DNA from: Macrostomum lignano
Lineage: Eukaryota
Assembly: GCA_002269645.1 (NCBI GenBank)
Contig: NIVC01001424.1
Location: forward strand, 228,062-292,061
Length of the DNA stretch: 64,000 nt
Direction of reading: 5' to 3'
In this document: positions 35,557-45,780 of the stretch, one piece after another
How positions within the stretch are numbered: the first letter of the stretch is position 1
Layout of the letters: each line of letters starts with the position of its first letter
The notes under the pieces: model-generated
The model's database searches: none
What the model was told of the DNA's origin: nothing
The model's input: the letters and a program-made list of their open reading frames with translations, nothing else
Translations under genes and position numbers: made by a program

Positions 35557-36621
35557 GTGTCCAGCTGGAGTCAGCATTTAGCACAGCAGGGTCCAGCTGG
35601 AGTCAGCATTTAGCACAGCAGGGTCCAGCTGGAGTCAGCATTTAGCACAGCGGGGTGTCCAGCTGGAGTCAGCATTTAGCACAGCGGGGTGTCCAACTGG
35701 AGTCAGCATTTAGTACAGCGGGGTGTCCAGCTGGAGCCAGCATTTAGCACAGCAGGGTCCAGCTGGAGTCAGCATTTAGCACAGCGGGGTGTCCAGCTGG
35801 AGTCAGCATTTAGCACAGCGGGGTGTCCAACTGGAGTCAGCATTTAGTACAGCGGGGTGTCCAGCTGGAGTCAGCATTTAGCACAGCGGGGTGTCCAACT
35901 GGAGTCAGCATTTAGCACAGCGGGGTGTCCAGCTGGAGTCAGCATTTAGCACAGCGGGGTGTCCAGCTGGAGTCAGCATTTAGCACAGCGGGGTGTCCAA
36001 CTGGAGTCAGCATTTAGTACAGCGGGGTGTCCAGCTGGAGCCAGCATTTAGCACAGCAGGGTCCAGCTGGAGTCAGCATTTAGCACAGCGGGGTGTCCAG
36101 CTGGAGTCAGCATTTAGCACAGCGGGGTGTCCAACTGGAGTCAGCATTTAGTACAGCGGGGTGTCCAGCTGGAGTCAGCATTTAGCACAGCGGGGGGTCC
36201 AGCTGGAGTCAGCATTTAGCACAGCGGGGTGTCCAGCTGGAGTCAGCATTTAGCACAGCGGGGGGTCCAGCTGGAGTCAGCATTTAGCACAGCGGGGTGT
36301 CCAGCTGGAGTCAGCATTTAGCACAGCGGGGTGTCCAGCTGGAGTCAGCATTTAGCACAGCGGGGTGTCCAGCTGGAGTCAGCATTTAGCACAGCGGGGT
36401 GTCCAGCTGGAGTCAGCATTTAGCACAGCGGGGTGTCTAGCTGGAGTCAGCATTTAGCACAGCAGGGTCCAGCTGGAGTCAGCATTTAGCACAGCGGGGT
36501 GTCCAGCTGGAGTCAGCATTTAGCACAGCGGGGGGTCCAGTTGGAGTCAGCATTTAGCACAGCAGGGGGTGTCCAGCTGGAGTCAGCATTTAGCACAGCG
36601 GGGGGTCCAGCTGGAGTCAGC
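35557..36621. repeat. 32-35-bp minisatellite (CCAGCTGGAGTCAGCATTTAGCACAGCGGGGTGT)n
   Basis: Tandem array read directly. Confidence 0.96.
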
Positions 36622-37177
36622 AAGTTACAGTAAGCCAAACTCTCTACCCAGGGACTGTTTACACGAGCTACATACATATCAAATACATAGCTTCGGTATT
36701 CAATTCGCCCTGGCACGGTATAACAAATGCTGGAATTCGCTACACGCGAATGCTTTTACTGGGACCAACCATAGTCAGAAAACGCTGGATAAAAAACCAC
36801 TCGATCCTAGACATGCAAGAGCCAAGCGTAGTTTAGCATTCTGCATAGCCAATTAAATGCCCGCTCTCTGGCTTCCTGCGTGCGTGCGCGAGATTCGATC
36901 GTTTTACCACCAGCAAAGCCGAATGACGCACAGAAAATGACTTACGCGTAGGCCCTATACCTGCGCACAGGCCAGGCCCTCCGTAGAAACAGAATTCTAA
37001 TAGCCAATCAGCCAGTGGAATTCTCTCTCCTGTGCTGCAAGGCTGAAAGTATGAAAACCATTGGTTTTTACTGCCTAAAACCTTTCCATCCATCGCTGGT
37101 ATTGAAGTTAGGTTCTGCGCTTCTGTACTTTTAAATCGCTCCTCTCGGTCCCAGTCCTACAGTCAAGCAGTGCAGCA

Positions 37178-37462
37178 ATGTGTCGATCAATCAGCAAAAT
37201 CGTCCTGGTCATTGTTAACGCGGTCTTTGCCGTGTTCAGTCTAGCGGTCCTTGGCATCGGCATCTGGGTAGCTGTTTATCGAGGTCGAGCGATCAGCAAG
37301 ATGGAATCCGCGCCCGAGGACAGCGAGCTGAAGACTCTGGCGAACAGGCTGCAGCTGATGTCTGCCGCGATCATCATCATAGTGATCAGCGTCTTCTGCC
37401 TGCTGCTCACCATCAGCGGCTGCTTCGGTGCCATGAAGGAGAACGTCTGCATGCTGAAGTTT
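37178..37462 (+). CDS. Tetraspanin, exon 1 (TM1, EC1, TM2)
   Basis: IVNAVFAVFSLAVLGIGIW..ISGCFGAMKENVCMLKF tetraspanin signature; GTGAGT donor. Confidence 0.93.
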
Positions 37463-37608
37463 GTGAGTATAGAGCCAGATCTGACATGGATCTGACATTT
37501 TGTTCCAGTTGTAAAAAGTTTCAGTGTACACGAGCAAAACTAGCTAAGTAAAAAGTTTCTACTCACTTGAAAGAATCGAATTTCACATGTACTGTACATG
37601 GTCATGGT

Positions 37609-37920
37609 TAATAATAATAATAACTGATTACACCTGCCAGCTAATGAGCAGATGTGCAACCGACAGCTCAGCCACAGCTATGCGCGGTGCATCTGAAAGC
37701 TGCGTACGGCTGTTCAGTCCAAGGACTGGGGGGTCACCACACACACCCTCAATTACCCCAGCTAATGCTGGCACCCATTTTACAGCTGGTTGAACTGAAT
37801 TAAGCAATGCAGAAATAAGTGTCTTGCTCAAGGAAACAAATTGTTTTAAGTGGGTCGAGAATCGAACCTCCGACCTTCTAGTCGGAAGTCCGACGCTCTG
37901 ACCACTAGGCTACAGCCCCC
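37609..37920 (-). mobile_element. tRNA-headed SINE, copy 2 (tetraspanin intron 1)
   Basis: TAGCCTAGTGG / GGTTCGATTC head, TTGAGCAAGACACTT core, (ATT)n tail. Confidence 0.88.
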
Positions 37921-37973
37921 AAAAACTCATACTTGCCTCATCTCAGTCACCGCCACAACCCCCTGCATTTCAG

Positions 37974-38189
37974 TACATGGTGGTCATGACGATCCTCCTA
38001 CTAGGTCAGCTCATCGTAATCGGACTCGCGGTTGTCTTCAAAGGCCGCCTGCAAGACGAGGCGACTCGTGCTCTAAGAAAGACTGACAGAGACCTATTCA
38101 AACCGTACAACCAGCTGGGTCCTGTATCCGGAAACCAGACTGACAGCAAAGATATTGTCTCGCGGATTATGAACAGCATTCACGTTTCG
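37974..38189 (+). CDS. Tetraspanin, exon 2 (TM3, start of EC2)
   Basis: YMVVMTILLLGQLIVIGLAVVF..MNSIHVS; phase 0 at both ends. Confidence 0.9.
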
Positions 38190-38248
38190 GTAATAAGATT
38201 ATTCAAAACAATTAGTATACTTAATAGCAATCTAGTGCCACGTGAGAA

Positions 38249-38370
38249 TCCATATACTAAAAATGGTTTGTCTGTGCGTGTGGGCGGGTGTGATCGATTT
38301 CGGAAAAAACGGCTCAACCGATTTTTTTCAAACTTGCAACATTCGATCAGAAATTTTGCTGTGAGATAAT
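38249..38370 (+). mobile_element. Helitron-like 5' head in tetraspanin intron 2
   Basis: A|TCCATATACTAAAAATG..ACGGCTCAACCGATTTT..TTCGATCAGAAATTTT, same family as 45781. Confidence 0.7.
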
Positions 38371-38404
38371 TTTTTCAAAGAAGGGAATAAAAAACTGAAT
38401 AAAC

Positions 38405-38870
38405 TATGACATCTCAGAAATCCCTCCAAGTAAGTCTCGACTTCTCAGAAATCCCTCCCAGTAAGCCTTGACATCTCAGAAATCCCTCCCAGTAAGCCTT
38501 GACATCTCAGAAATCCCTCCCAGTAAGTCTTGACATCTCAGAAATCCCCCCAGTAAGCCTTGACATCTCAGCAATCCCTCCCAGTAAGCCTTGACATCTC
38601 AGAAATCCCCCCAGTAAGCCTTGACATCTCAGAAATCCCTCCAAGTAAGTCTCGACTTCTCAGAAATCCCTCCCAGTAAGCCTTGACATCTCAGAAATCC
38701 CTCCCAGTAAGCCTTGACATCTCAGAAATCACTCCCAGTAAGTCTTGACATCTCAGAAATCCCCCCAGTAAGTCTTGACATCTCAGAAATCCATCCCAGT
38801 AAGTCTTGACATCTCAGAAATCCCCCCAGTAAGCCTTGACTTCTCAGCAATTCCCCAGTAGTCTTGACGT
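38405..38870. repeat. ~31-bp minisatellite (GACATCTCAGAAATCCCTCCCAGTAAGCCTT)n
   Basis: Tandem array; its reverse complement resembles a motif in the Helitron bodies. Confidence 0.92.
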
Positions 38871-39066
38871 CAGCTCACATAGGGTGTAGAGCGGCCCTAT
38901 TGACGTTCTATTCGTCAAGCATGTGCACTTTCAGTTGTCTTGAGGGGTTGTTAGCCCTCAAGGGTGTCAAATCGCAATTGGTTTATCGTACCTTTATACA
39001 ATAGCTATATAAAATAGCAAAATATAATCAGTTTTTATCCCATTTTAACCAACTTTCGAAATGTAG

Positions 39067-39294
39067 CTTCGCTGTTGCGGAGTCACCAACTACACTGACA
39101 TTACCGTGAACAGCACCTGGAGCCGGGCCAATCCAAAATTTGACAACCGACCGATGCTGATCCCAGCCTCCTGCTGCCAACTAACCGATGATGGCGCTAA
39201 ATACCTGGCCGAACATGACGACTGGAGCGATTTCAAGAAGTACCTCATCAATGGTAGCCAGTGCCCTACTAAGCTGGCCGACTTTCACCGGCAG
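39067..39294 (+). CDS. Tetraspanin, exon 3 (EC2 with CCG motif)
   Basis: LRCCGVTNYTD..PASCC..QCP; TAG acceptor, GTAAGC donor. Confidence 0.92.
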
Positions 39295-39296
39295 GT

Positions 39297-39478
39297 AAGC
39301 TGGGCACTCCAGCTGATAGTGACTGGGCACTCCGTTCGATACAGACTGGGCACTCCATTCGATACAGACTGGGCACTCCATCCGATACAGACTGGGCACT
39401 CCAGCTGATACAGACTGGGCACTCCATTGATACACACTGTCATGCTGGGCACTCCAGCTGATACAGACTTGGCACTTC
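39297..39478. repeat. ~23-bp minisatellite starting at the tetraspanin intron 3 donor
   Basis: (GATACAGACTGGGCACTCCATTC)n. Confidence 0.88.
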
Positions 39479-39562
39479 ATGCAGCCTACAAAGACTATAG
39501 GTCCATCACCAGATTCCAACATTCACCAGAAAGTCGATTACTATATTTTATAATTATTCCAG

Positions 39563-39646
39563 GGCTGCCTATCAAAAATTGTGGACAGCTGGAAAGCTCA
39601 CGTGACCTCAATCATCGTAGCGGCGGTACTTTACATTGGCTTCAAC
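39563..39646 (+). CDS. Tetraspanin, exon 4 (GC motif, start of TM4)
   Basis: GCLSKIVDSWKAHVTSIIVAAVLYIGFN; CAG acceptor, GTGAGT donor. Confidence 0.85.
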
Positions 39647-39779
39647 GTGAGTTCTGCAATAGTTTTCTAGCTGGAATACTTTAACTTCGTTCCTCAATAC
39701 TTCGAGCATTTTACATTGTACTTATATAAAAGTAATATATTTTAATCACAACCGCAACTTCAACTTTGATTTTTTACAG

Positions 39780-39842
39780 GTTGTCTGCATCGTGATGGCG
39801 TACTGTTTGATAAAGGAGTACAGTCAGCAGCGCAATCTCTAA
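39780..39842 (+). CDS. Tetraspanin, exon 5 (end of TM4, tail)
   Basis: TTTTTACAG acceptor; VVCIVMAYCLIKEYSQQRNL*. Confidence 0.82.
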   Translation, partial: VVCIVMAYCLIKEYSQQRNL

Positions 39843-40815
39843 GCAAATTAAGACTCAAAGCAGTGTGTATTCAATACTTTTCGAGTTTGGAGTTTTTAAT
39901 TTTTGATAGTTTTGCAATATAAATTAGGTACGGAAAAGCATGATTACTTTTGTTTCTATTCAGGCTTGAACTGATCGCACTAGAGTTATAATTTACAGGT
40001 TATCGCAGCAGCTCCTGAAAAATTGTTTTGACAGTAAGATCACATCGCATGAGCAGCTGGCCTAAATTCTTATCACACACTGCTATAGTTATCTGCAAAA
40101 ATATTTAGGCTTGTTTTTTTTCTGACACAGCTATACAAGTAACGTAGAAAGTGTCACACTATTGTACATTTATAATTCTTGCTTCAATCTTTTATTATTT
40201 TTACTATGTACTCAGCACTTCACTTATCATGCACTAGCCTAATAACCAAAAAATCTTAAAAGCTAATTAATAAAAATTTAAGGCTGCAAAAATACTCATT
40301 TGAAATAAACTGTACTACTGCTGGCTATGTCTGTCAGCAAAAATATTACGATAATAAAAAGCAATAAATTGAGTCGAGAGAATACTTTAGAAAAATACAC
40401 GCTGATAAAGTTTTAATTGTATTCTTTGTAGTCTTGATCACAGCGTTAATCAAATTACTATAATAAAATAATACGAACCATCCTAATGCTATCAAAATAG
40501 ATGTGTACGCATGGACTTCGGCGATACAAAGCATATACTTTTTTGTCTGACCTACTTATCGTGGGCGCAATGTCAGTAGGGAAAAATCCGCCATTTTAAT
40601 AATAAATAAACCTACAAGCAGCTTTAAAAGGACCTTAAAAAATTTAAGCTTATTATTGTTTTGAGCTTATAGAGCTCTGTTCAAACATTTTTTCAAAATA
40701 CAACGTCATTAGCACTGTATATTTTGTTTTAAAACAGACACGAAATTTAATAGTTTTGACAGATTTTAAGCTCAGAGTTTCTAAGAACAATGACAATTTA
40801 CATTAGTAGTGACAT

Positions 40816-41655
40816 TGTGGTAGGCCGGTCTACCACTGGGGTGGGGCTCCTTCAACAGTTGGCGACGCGCGAAACGCCTCCATCCGTTGGGATTGTGTTG
40901 ACGTCATGAGCCGCTCCCCCGGATGACTGTGCGTTTTCCCCTCGTTGATCCCACTGCACCTTTGGTCCATTAGTTGCCCCTTCCTTTGGTTCCGCCTTGT
41001 TTTTCTGTGTTCTTCCCGGGTTTTGTCCCTCTTTTCCCACCAGTGTTCCCCCCCGGCCTGTTCCCCCTAGTGTTTCACCAGTTGAATTTGTGTAATTTTT
41101 TTGTATAAAAATCATTGCGTATAACATTAGCTTTGCTTAGACTGGAGCCTCCCCGAGTTACCTTGAGTTAAGTGTGAATTTGCAGTTAATAACCGCCGTT
41201 TCACTCGGTCTACTGTCTCGTCTCATTCGTCTAATTTGATAGTTTGCGATTTTCATTTGTTTATTACTCAGAACTATTAACTAGTAAGCTAATTTGTCAC
41301 TTGCTTAGTTTATCTTATGTAGCATCTTTATTAATAATTAGTTGACTGTAATAATAATAACGAATAAGATAATAAGCTTCTAACATTAATATTTATCCAG
41401 TTGGACTTAATCGAAGCCTCTAGTTTATATTGAGTTCTTTGCCCGCGGGGCATAAAATAACCAGTCTGTCTCAACTCAAAGAAAGCTCTGAGACCCTTAA
41501 CATTCTGTAAAATGACATTTACGGTGGTGGCAATGCTACTTTTACTATTGTTAGTATTAGTAACGAAATGAGCATCTTTGACGAATTATGAAGTTTATGG
41601 TGTCTGAGGACCCAGACCTGAACAACCTGGGCCGCTACAAGACCGCTCAACTACA
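40816..41655 (+). mobile_element. Possible solo LTR
   Basis: TGTGG start, CTACA end, TATAAAAA at ~41104, CpG-richer than flanks; no TSD found. Confidence 0.3.
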
Positions 41656-42240
41656 ATTACGACTACCCTCTCCCTAGAATTGAGGATCCCAGCAGACAGA
41701 GTACCCAAGGAGAAGAATCGACATAGCAAGTTGTGCAATTTTTCCGGCTTTACAAGTGTCGACAACAACCCAATTTCAAAAACCCCCTACCCTTTAAATT
41801 TTTTTCTTCTCTACCCCCACCTCAACATGACACAATTATGAAACAAGGTATCAGTTATCATTTGCCTTTATCCTAAAAATGTTTCTAGATATGTGTTTGT
41901 TGTAATAAAAAAACTGAAAGCAACTTTGGAAAAAATGCAATCCAATTTACTAAAACTAAATTTAAAATGTCCATGTGTTTGATTTCAGAAAAATTGCTCT
42001 GACTCTAACTCAAACTATAGATTATATTTTGATTAACAAGTATGAAATGATTAATCAAGAATGTATTCATGTAGTGTTTTCTAGGCCTATTCTATTTCTA
42101 TGTTATTATGTCCTTCAATTGTTAGCTATCATAGTAATCTTCTGTCAATATATATTCAATGAATAAAGTAAATCCTATATACTAAAATCTTATGCTAATA
42201 TTTGTAAATTAATTTTATCTTAGACCTAGGATGATATAAT

Positions 42241-42675
42241 GGTGTAGGACCAAGACTGCCATACACCAAGACCGCCAAACTTGGGGGAGCTACTAAGAAG
42301 GGTGGAATTTGACTTGCCATGTTATTAGATGGTGCTGAGAAGGGGTTAGATGGAGAGAGCCAGCAGGACAAGGCCACGAGAGAGGAACTTGTGAGTGGGC
42401 CAGGTGGGTGAGTGAGCTAGGCTCCTTGTTTTTCCTTCAATTTAAATTGTAAAGGAACTATAAGATATTGTTAAAATTGCCCTAGTTGACTTGCAATCGT
42501 TTTGGGCCACTTATTCATCTTATTAGTGACTAATCTTGGGATGCTTCCTCCTCCTCTAACTCCACAACCCATCACAACCAATAGCAATATTGGAAGATTG
42601 GTAGTTCCCCCTTCAATTATAGTAGCCAGTAAGAGCTATGGCAGTCTTGGTGTGTGGCAGTCTTGGTTGTGCGCC
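42241..42675. mobile_element. MITE with GG termini and an 8-bp TSD
   Basis: Inverted ends with ACCAAGACTGCCA(T/C)ACACCAAGAC; TSD GATATAAT at 42233-42240 and 42676-42683. Confidence 0.82.
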
Positions 42676-43334
42676 GATATAATTTGTTTAAATCCAGTAT
42701 ATCCTAATATAAATATAAATGTATACTAAAAATATTCCTCCTTAATAAAATGCTAAAACATTAAAAATAGTACTAAAATTATTTAAAAGCATAGTTAAAA
42801 TAAGAAAAGCAATACTTAATTTGCTTAAAATTTGTTTCAAATAATTTTTTTATGTATTAAATTCCTAGACAAATATTTAGTCTAGATAAAAACTATTGTA
42901 TTACTTTGTCTAGATTTTTAATATAGATTTCTTTATAAAGACTAAAAAATCTAAAGATAGATGTTTCAAGTTTTTGACACCAAGTTTTTCAGCAAATTCT
43001 AATTTTTGCTTTTCAGTTTAAGAATTATTGAATTACTAGAATGATAAATAAAAATGGTTAAGAATTAGGCTAGGCCTATTAAGAATATGATAATTGGCTG
43101 TTGTAAGAAGTTGACAACTGGTATTAAGCCATATAAATAATAAGGTATTTTAAACCAATTCACATATACATAGACTAAAAGTGATAGGTTCATTTTAATT
43201 GCCATGTTCTTATAGTCTTTAAGATGCCTCAATATTAGAAATAATAATAATTAGAAAATAATTGTATATACTTAGAATATTGAATAATGGTTCACTATAG
43301 TTATAGGTATAGCTTTGGGAAGTTATAAATAATG

Positions 43335-43468
43335 ATCTCTTAGCCAAGACACATGTACCATCACGGGAAAAAATTCTGATCGAACAGTGCAAGTCTCATG
43401 AAAATTGGTTAAGCCATTTTTTCTCTAATCAATTGCAAACAAGCAAGATTTTCATTTTTAGTATATTA
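43335..43468 (-). mobile_element. Decayed Helitron-like 5' fragment
   Basis: Reverse complement of the 46046 head, with CpG-transition changes. Confidence 0.75.
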
Positions 43469-43872
43469 TAAGGATTTATATAGAATAATATAGATATAGA
43501 TATGTTTAGAAGAACATATATTTTTCCCAAATCTATTAATATAGGCTATTCAACAACTAAGGCTTAAAAGATCACTGAGACATTTCTAATAAATTTTCTA
43601 TCATTATTTACTTCCTGATAGAAGAGCTTTTGGGAATTGGATTTAGTATTATTAATAACTAATGTAAAGTTAAAGTAAATTAATTTGCTATGGATGTAGC
43701 TAAGGATATAGATAGGCTATGGAAAAAAATTAGATATGGCAATTAATATTGGAAAAAAACTTCTTTATGATAGAACTCTAATATCTTGAGTAACAGTATT
43801 CTAGTCTACTAGTTGCTTAGGCCAAGATTTATTAAGTTTTTCCTATTATATTTTGTTGACATCTGATGGCAC

Positions 43873-44002
43873 TTGTTATTTAAGCTGTCCAATATTGTTA
43901 TTTAAGCTGTCCAATATTGTTATTTAAGCTGTCCAATATTGTTATTTAAGCTGTCCAATATTGTTATTTAAGCTGTCCAATATTGTTATTTAAGCTGTCC
44001 AA
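43873..44002. repeat. 22-bp minisatellite (TTGTTATTTAAGCTGTCCAATA)n
   Basis: About 6 copies upstream of the phosphatase start. Confidence 0.93.
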
Positions 44003-44062
44003 TTGTTGATTGCCCGTGGAAATCTTTCTGTGATGAAATTGTTAAATACTTTATTTCAGAAA

Positions 44063-44404
44063 ATGTCCACCAAAAGCTACTTGAGCAGTGCCGCAGACAT
44101 TGCCTGTCTGATGTCAACAAAACGAGTATTCTTATTTGACTGCGATGGCGTCATCTGGAATGAGAACACGCTGGTGCCAGGTGCCAAGGACCTGCTAACT
44201 CGCCTGAAGCAACTCGGCAGGCAGGTGTTTCTGGTCACCAACAACAGCTCCAAGTCAAGGGCGCAATATGTGGCAAAGTGTCGCAAGCTGGAGCTGCCGA
44301 TTGAAGAGGCCGACATCGTGTGCACCGCCGCCGTGGCTGCTGGGTACATCAGCAAGCTGAAGCTGCCCGGCGTTACCTACGTTATTGGAAGTCAAGGATT
44401 GCAG
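44063..44404 (+). CDS. PGP: HAD-IIA phosphatase (PGP/chronophin family), exon 1
   Basis: Motif I LFDCDGVIW, motif II VTNNSSKSR; GTAGGT donor; PGP versus PDXP not resolvable by eye. Confidence 0.9.
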
Positions 44405-44553
44405 GTAGGTGGAATTTTCGTTCGCACTTTTTCTGTATCAGAAGGCCTCACTCACTACTTTCTATGCTATAGTTTTCCAATCATAACGTTATCATAGCAA
44501 AAATCGTTGACTTTACAATTTTACAACCCACAACCCGTGTTTTTTTCATTCAG

Positions 44554-44625
44554 GATGAATTGGAATTGCACGGCATCAAGTGCTGCGGATTTCGCGAGGA
44601 TGACGACACCGCGGTGCACGATCAG
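44554..44625 (+). CDS. PGP: HAD-IIA phosphatase, exon 2
   Basis: T-rich CAG acceptor, DELELHGIKCCGFREDDDTAVHDQ, GTGAGT donor, phase 0. Confidence 0.82.
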
Positions 44626-44720
44626 GTGAGTGAGTTAAATAATCTGCATATGGTAGTGTAAGTTCTGTAACAATCTCAAATATTGGTCTCCTCTGATTGA
44701 TGGAGGTCCAAACTATTTAA

Positions 44721-45003
44721 ACTCATCAACCGCCCGTCATTGACTCATCAGCCACCCGTCATTGACTCATCAACTGACCGTCATTGACTCATCAACCACC
44801 CGTCATTGACTCATCAACCACCCGTCATTGACTCATCAACCACCCGTCATTGACTCATCAACCGCCCGTCATTGACTCATCAACCACCCGTCATTGACTC
44901 ATCAACCACCCGTCATTGACTCATCAACCACCCGTCATTGACTCATCAACCGCCCGTCATTGACTCATCAACCACCCGTCATTGACTCATCAACCGCCCG
45001 TCA
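44721..45003. repeat. 22-bp minisatellite (TCATTGACTCATCAACCACCCG)n in phosphatase intron 2
   Basis: 12 copies of TGACTCA counted; the array runs to within a few nt of the acceptor AG. Confidence 0.95.
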
Positions 45004-45008
45004 CCCAG

Positions 45009-45551
45009 GGCGTTGAGCAATTCGGCGACGCCCCGCTTCGCAACGACGTCTCCTGCGTTCTGCTGGCCCTGGACACCAGATTCAACTACCTGAAGCTGCT
45101 CAAAGCCTGCAGCTACGTCTCAGCCGGCGCACTGTTCCTTGGCAGTAACGAGGACGCCTTCCTGCCATCTGGACAGCCGTCGCCAACTGTGCCAGTGCGC
45201 CTGCCGGGCACCGGAGCCATGCTCTCGGCTCTGTGCGTTGCCACCCAGCAGCAGCCGGCAGCCGTGATGGGGAAGCCACACCGGCCCATGCTGGACTATG
45301 CCGTGCAGCTCATGACGGAGGCCCGGCCGGACCAGCAGCCGCCCCCGCTGTCCCAGTGGCTTATGGTCGGCGATCGTCTCGACACGGACATCGCATTCGG
45401 TCGTCGGCACGGCATGGACACAGTATGTGTGATGACCGGCTGCACTAAACCGGCGGATCTGCTAGACTTAAGCGAAGCAAACTCAGAGCTCAAGCCTAAC
45501 TGTGCGGCCGAGTCGGTTGCCGACTTGTTGCCTCATCTGGCTGAGAATTGA
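45009..45551 (+). CDS. PGP: HAD-IIA phosphatase, exon 3
   Basis: VLLALDTRFNYLKLLKA..PGTGAML..MGKP..MVGDRLDTDIAFG (motifs III and IV); TGA stop. Confidence 0.92.
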   Translation, partial: GVEQFGDAPLRNDVSCVLLALDTRFNYLKLLKACSYVSAGALFLGSNEDAFLPSGQPSPTVPVRLPGTGAMLSALCVATQQQPAAVMGKPHRPMLDYAVQLMTEARPDQQPPPLSQWLMVGDRLDTDIAFGRRHGMDTVCVMTGCTKPADLLDLSEANSELKPNCAAESVADLLPHLAEN

Positions 45552-45780
45552 GTCAAAATTGAGTTAATGGCATACCTTGACGACTGTAATTCTTAACTTA
45601 TAATATCTATGATTTTTATTTCAATAGCTTTCTTTTCTGATATTTGACCATAGGAGTTAATTTTGTCTTTCTTTATAAGAACGAACATGTTTCTGTTTGT
45701 TATTACAATGCATGCTTTGTTAGTTTAGCGCCAAATTTTAAATAAATTAATCATATCATAATTTAATTTGAAATGCTAGA

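Larger units (their letters stand above)
34137..36620. mobile_element. Foldback-like composite: inverted satellite arms around an 8-bp microsatellite
   Basis: Left 24-bp array and right 32-35-bp array share GCTGTGCTAAATGCTGA in opposite orientation; both outer ends read CTGACTCCA(A/G)CTGGACCC. Confidence 0.65.
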
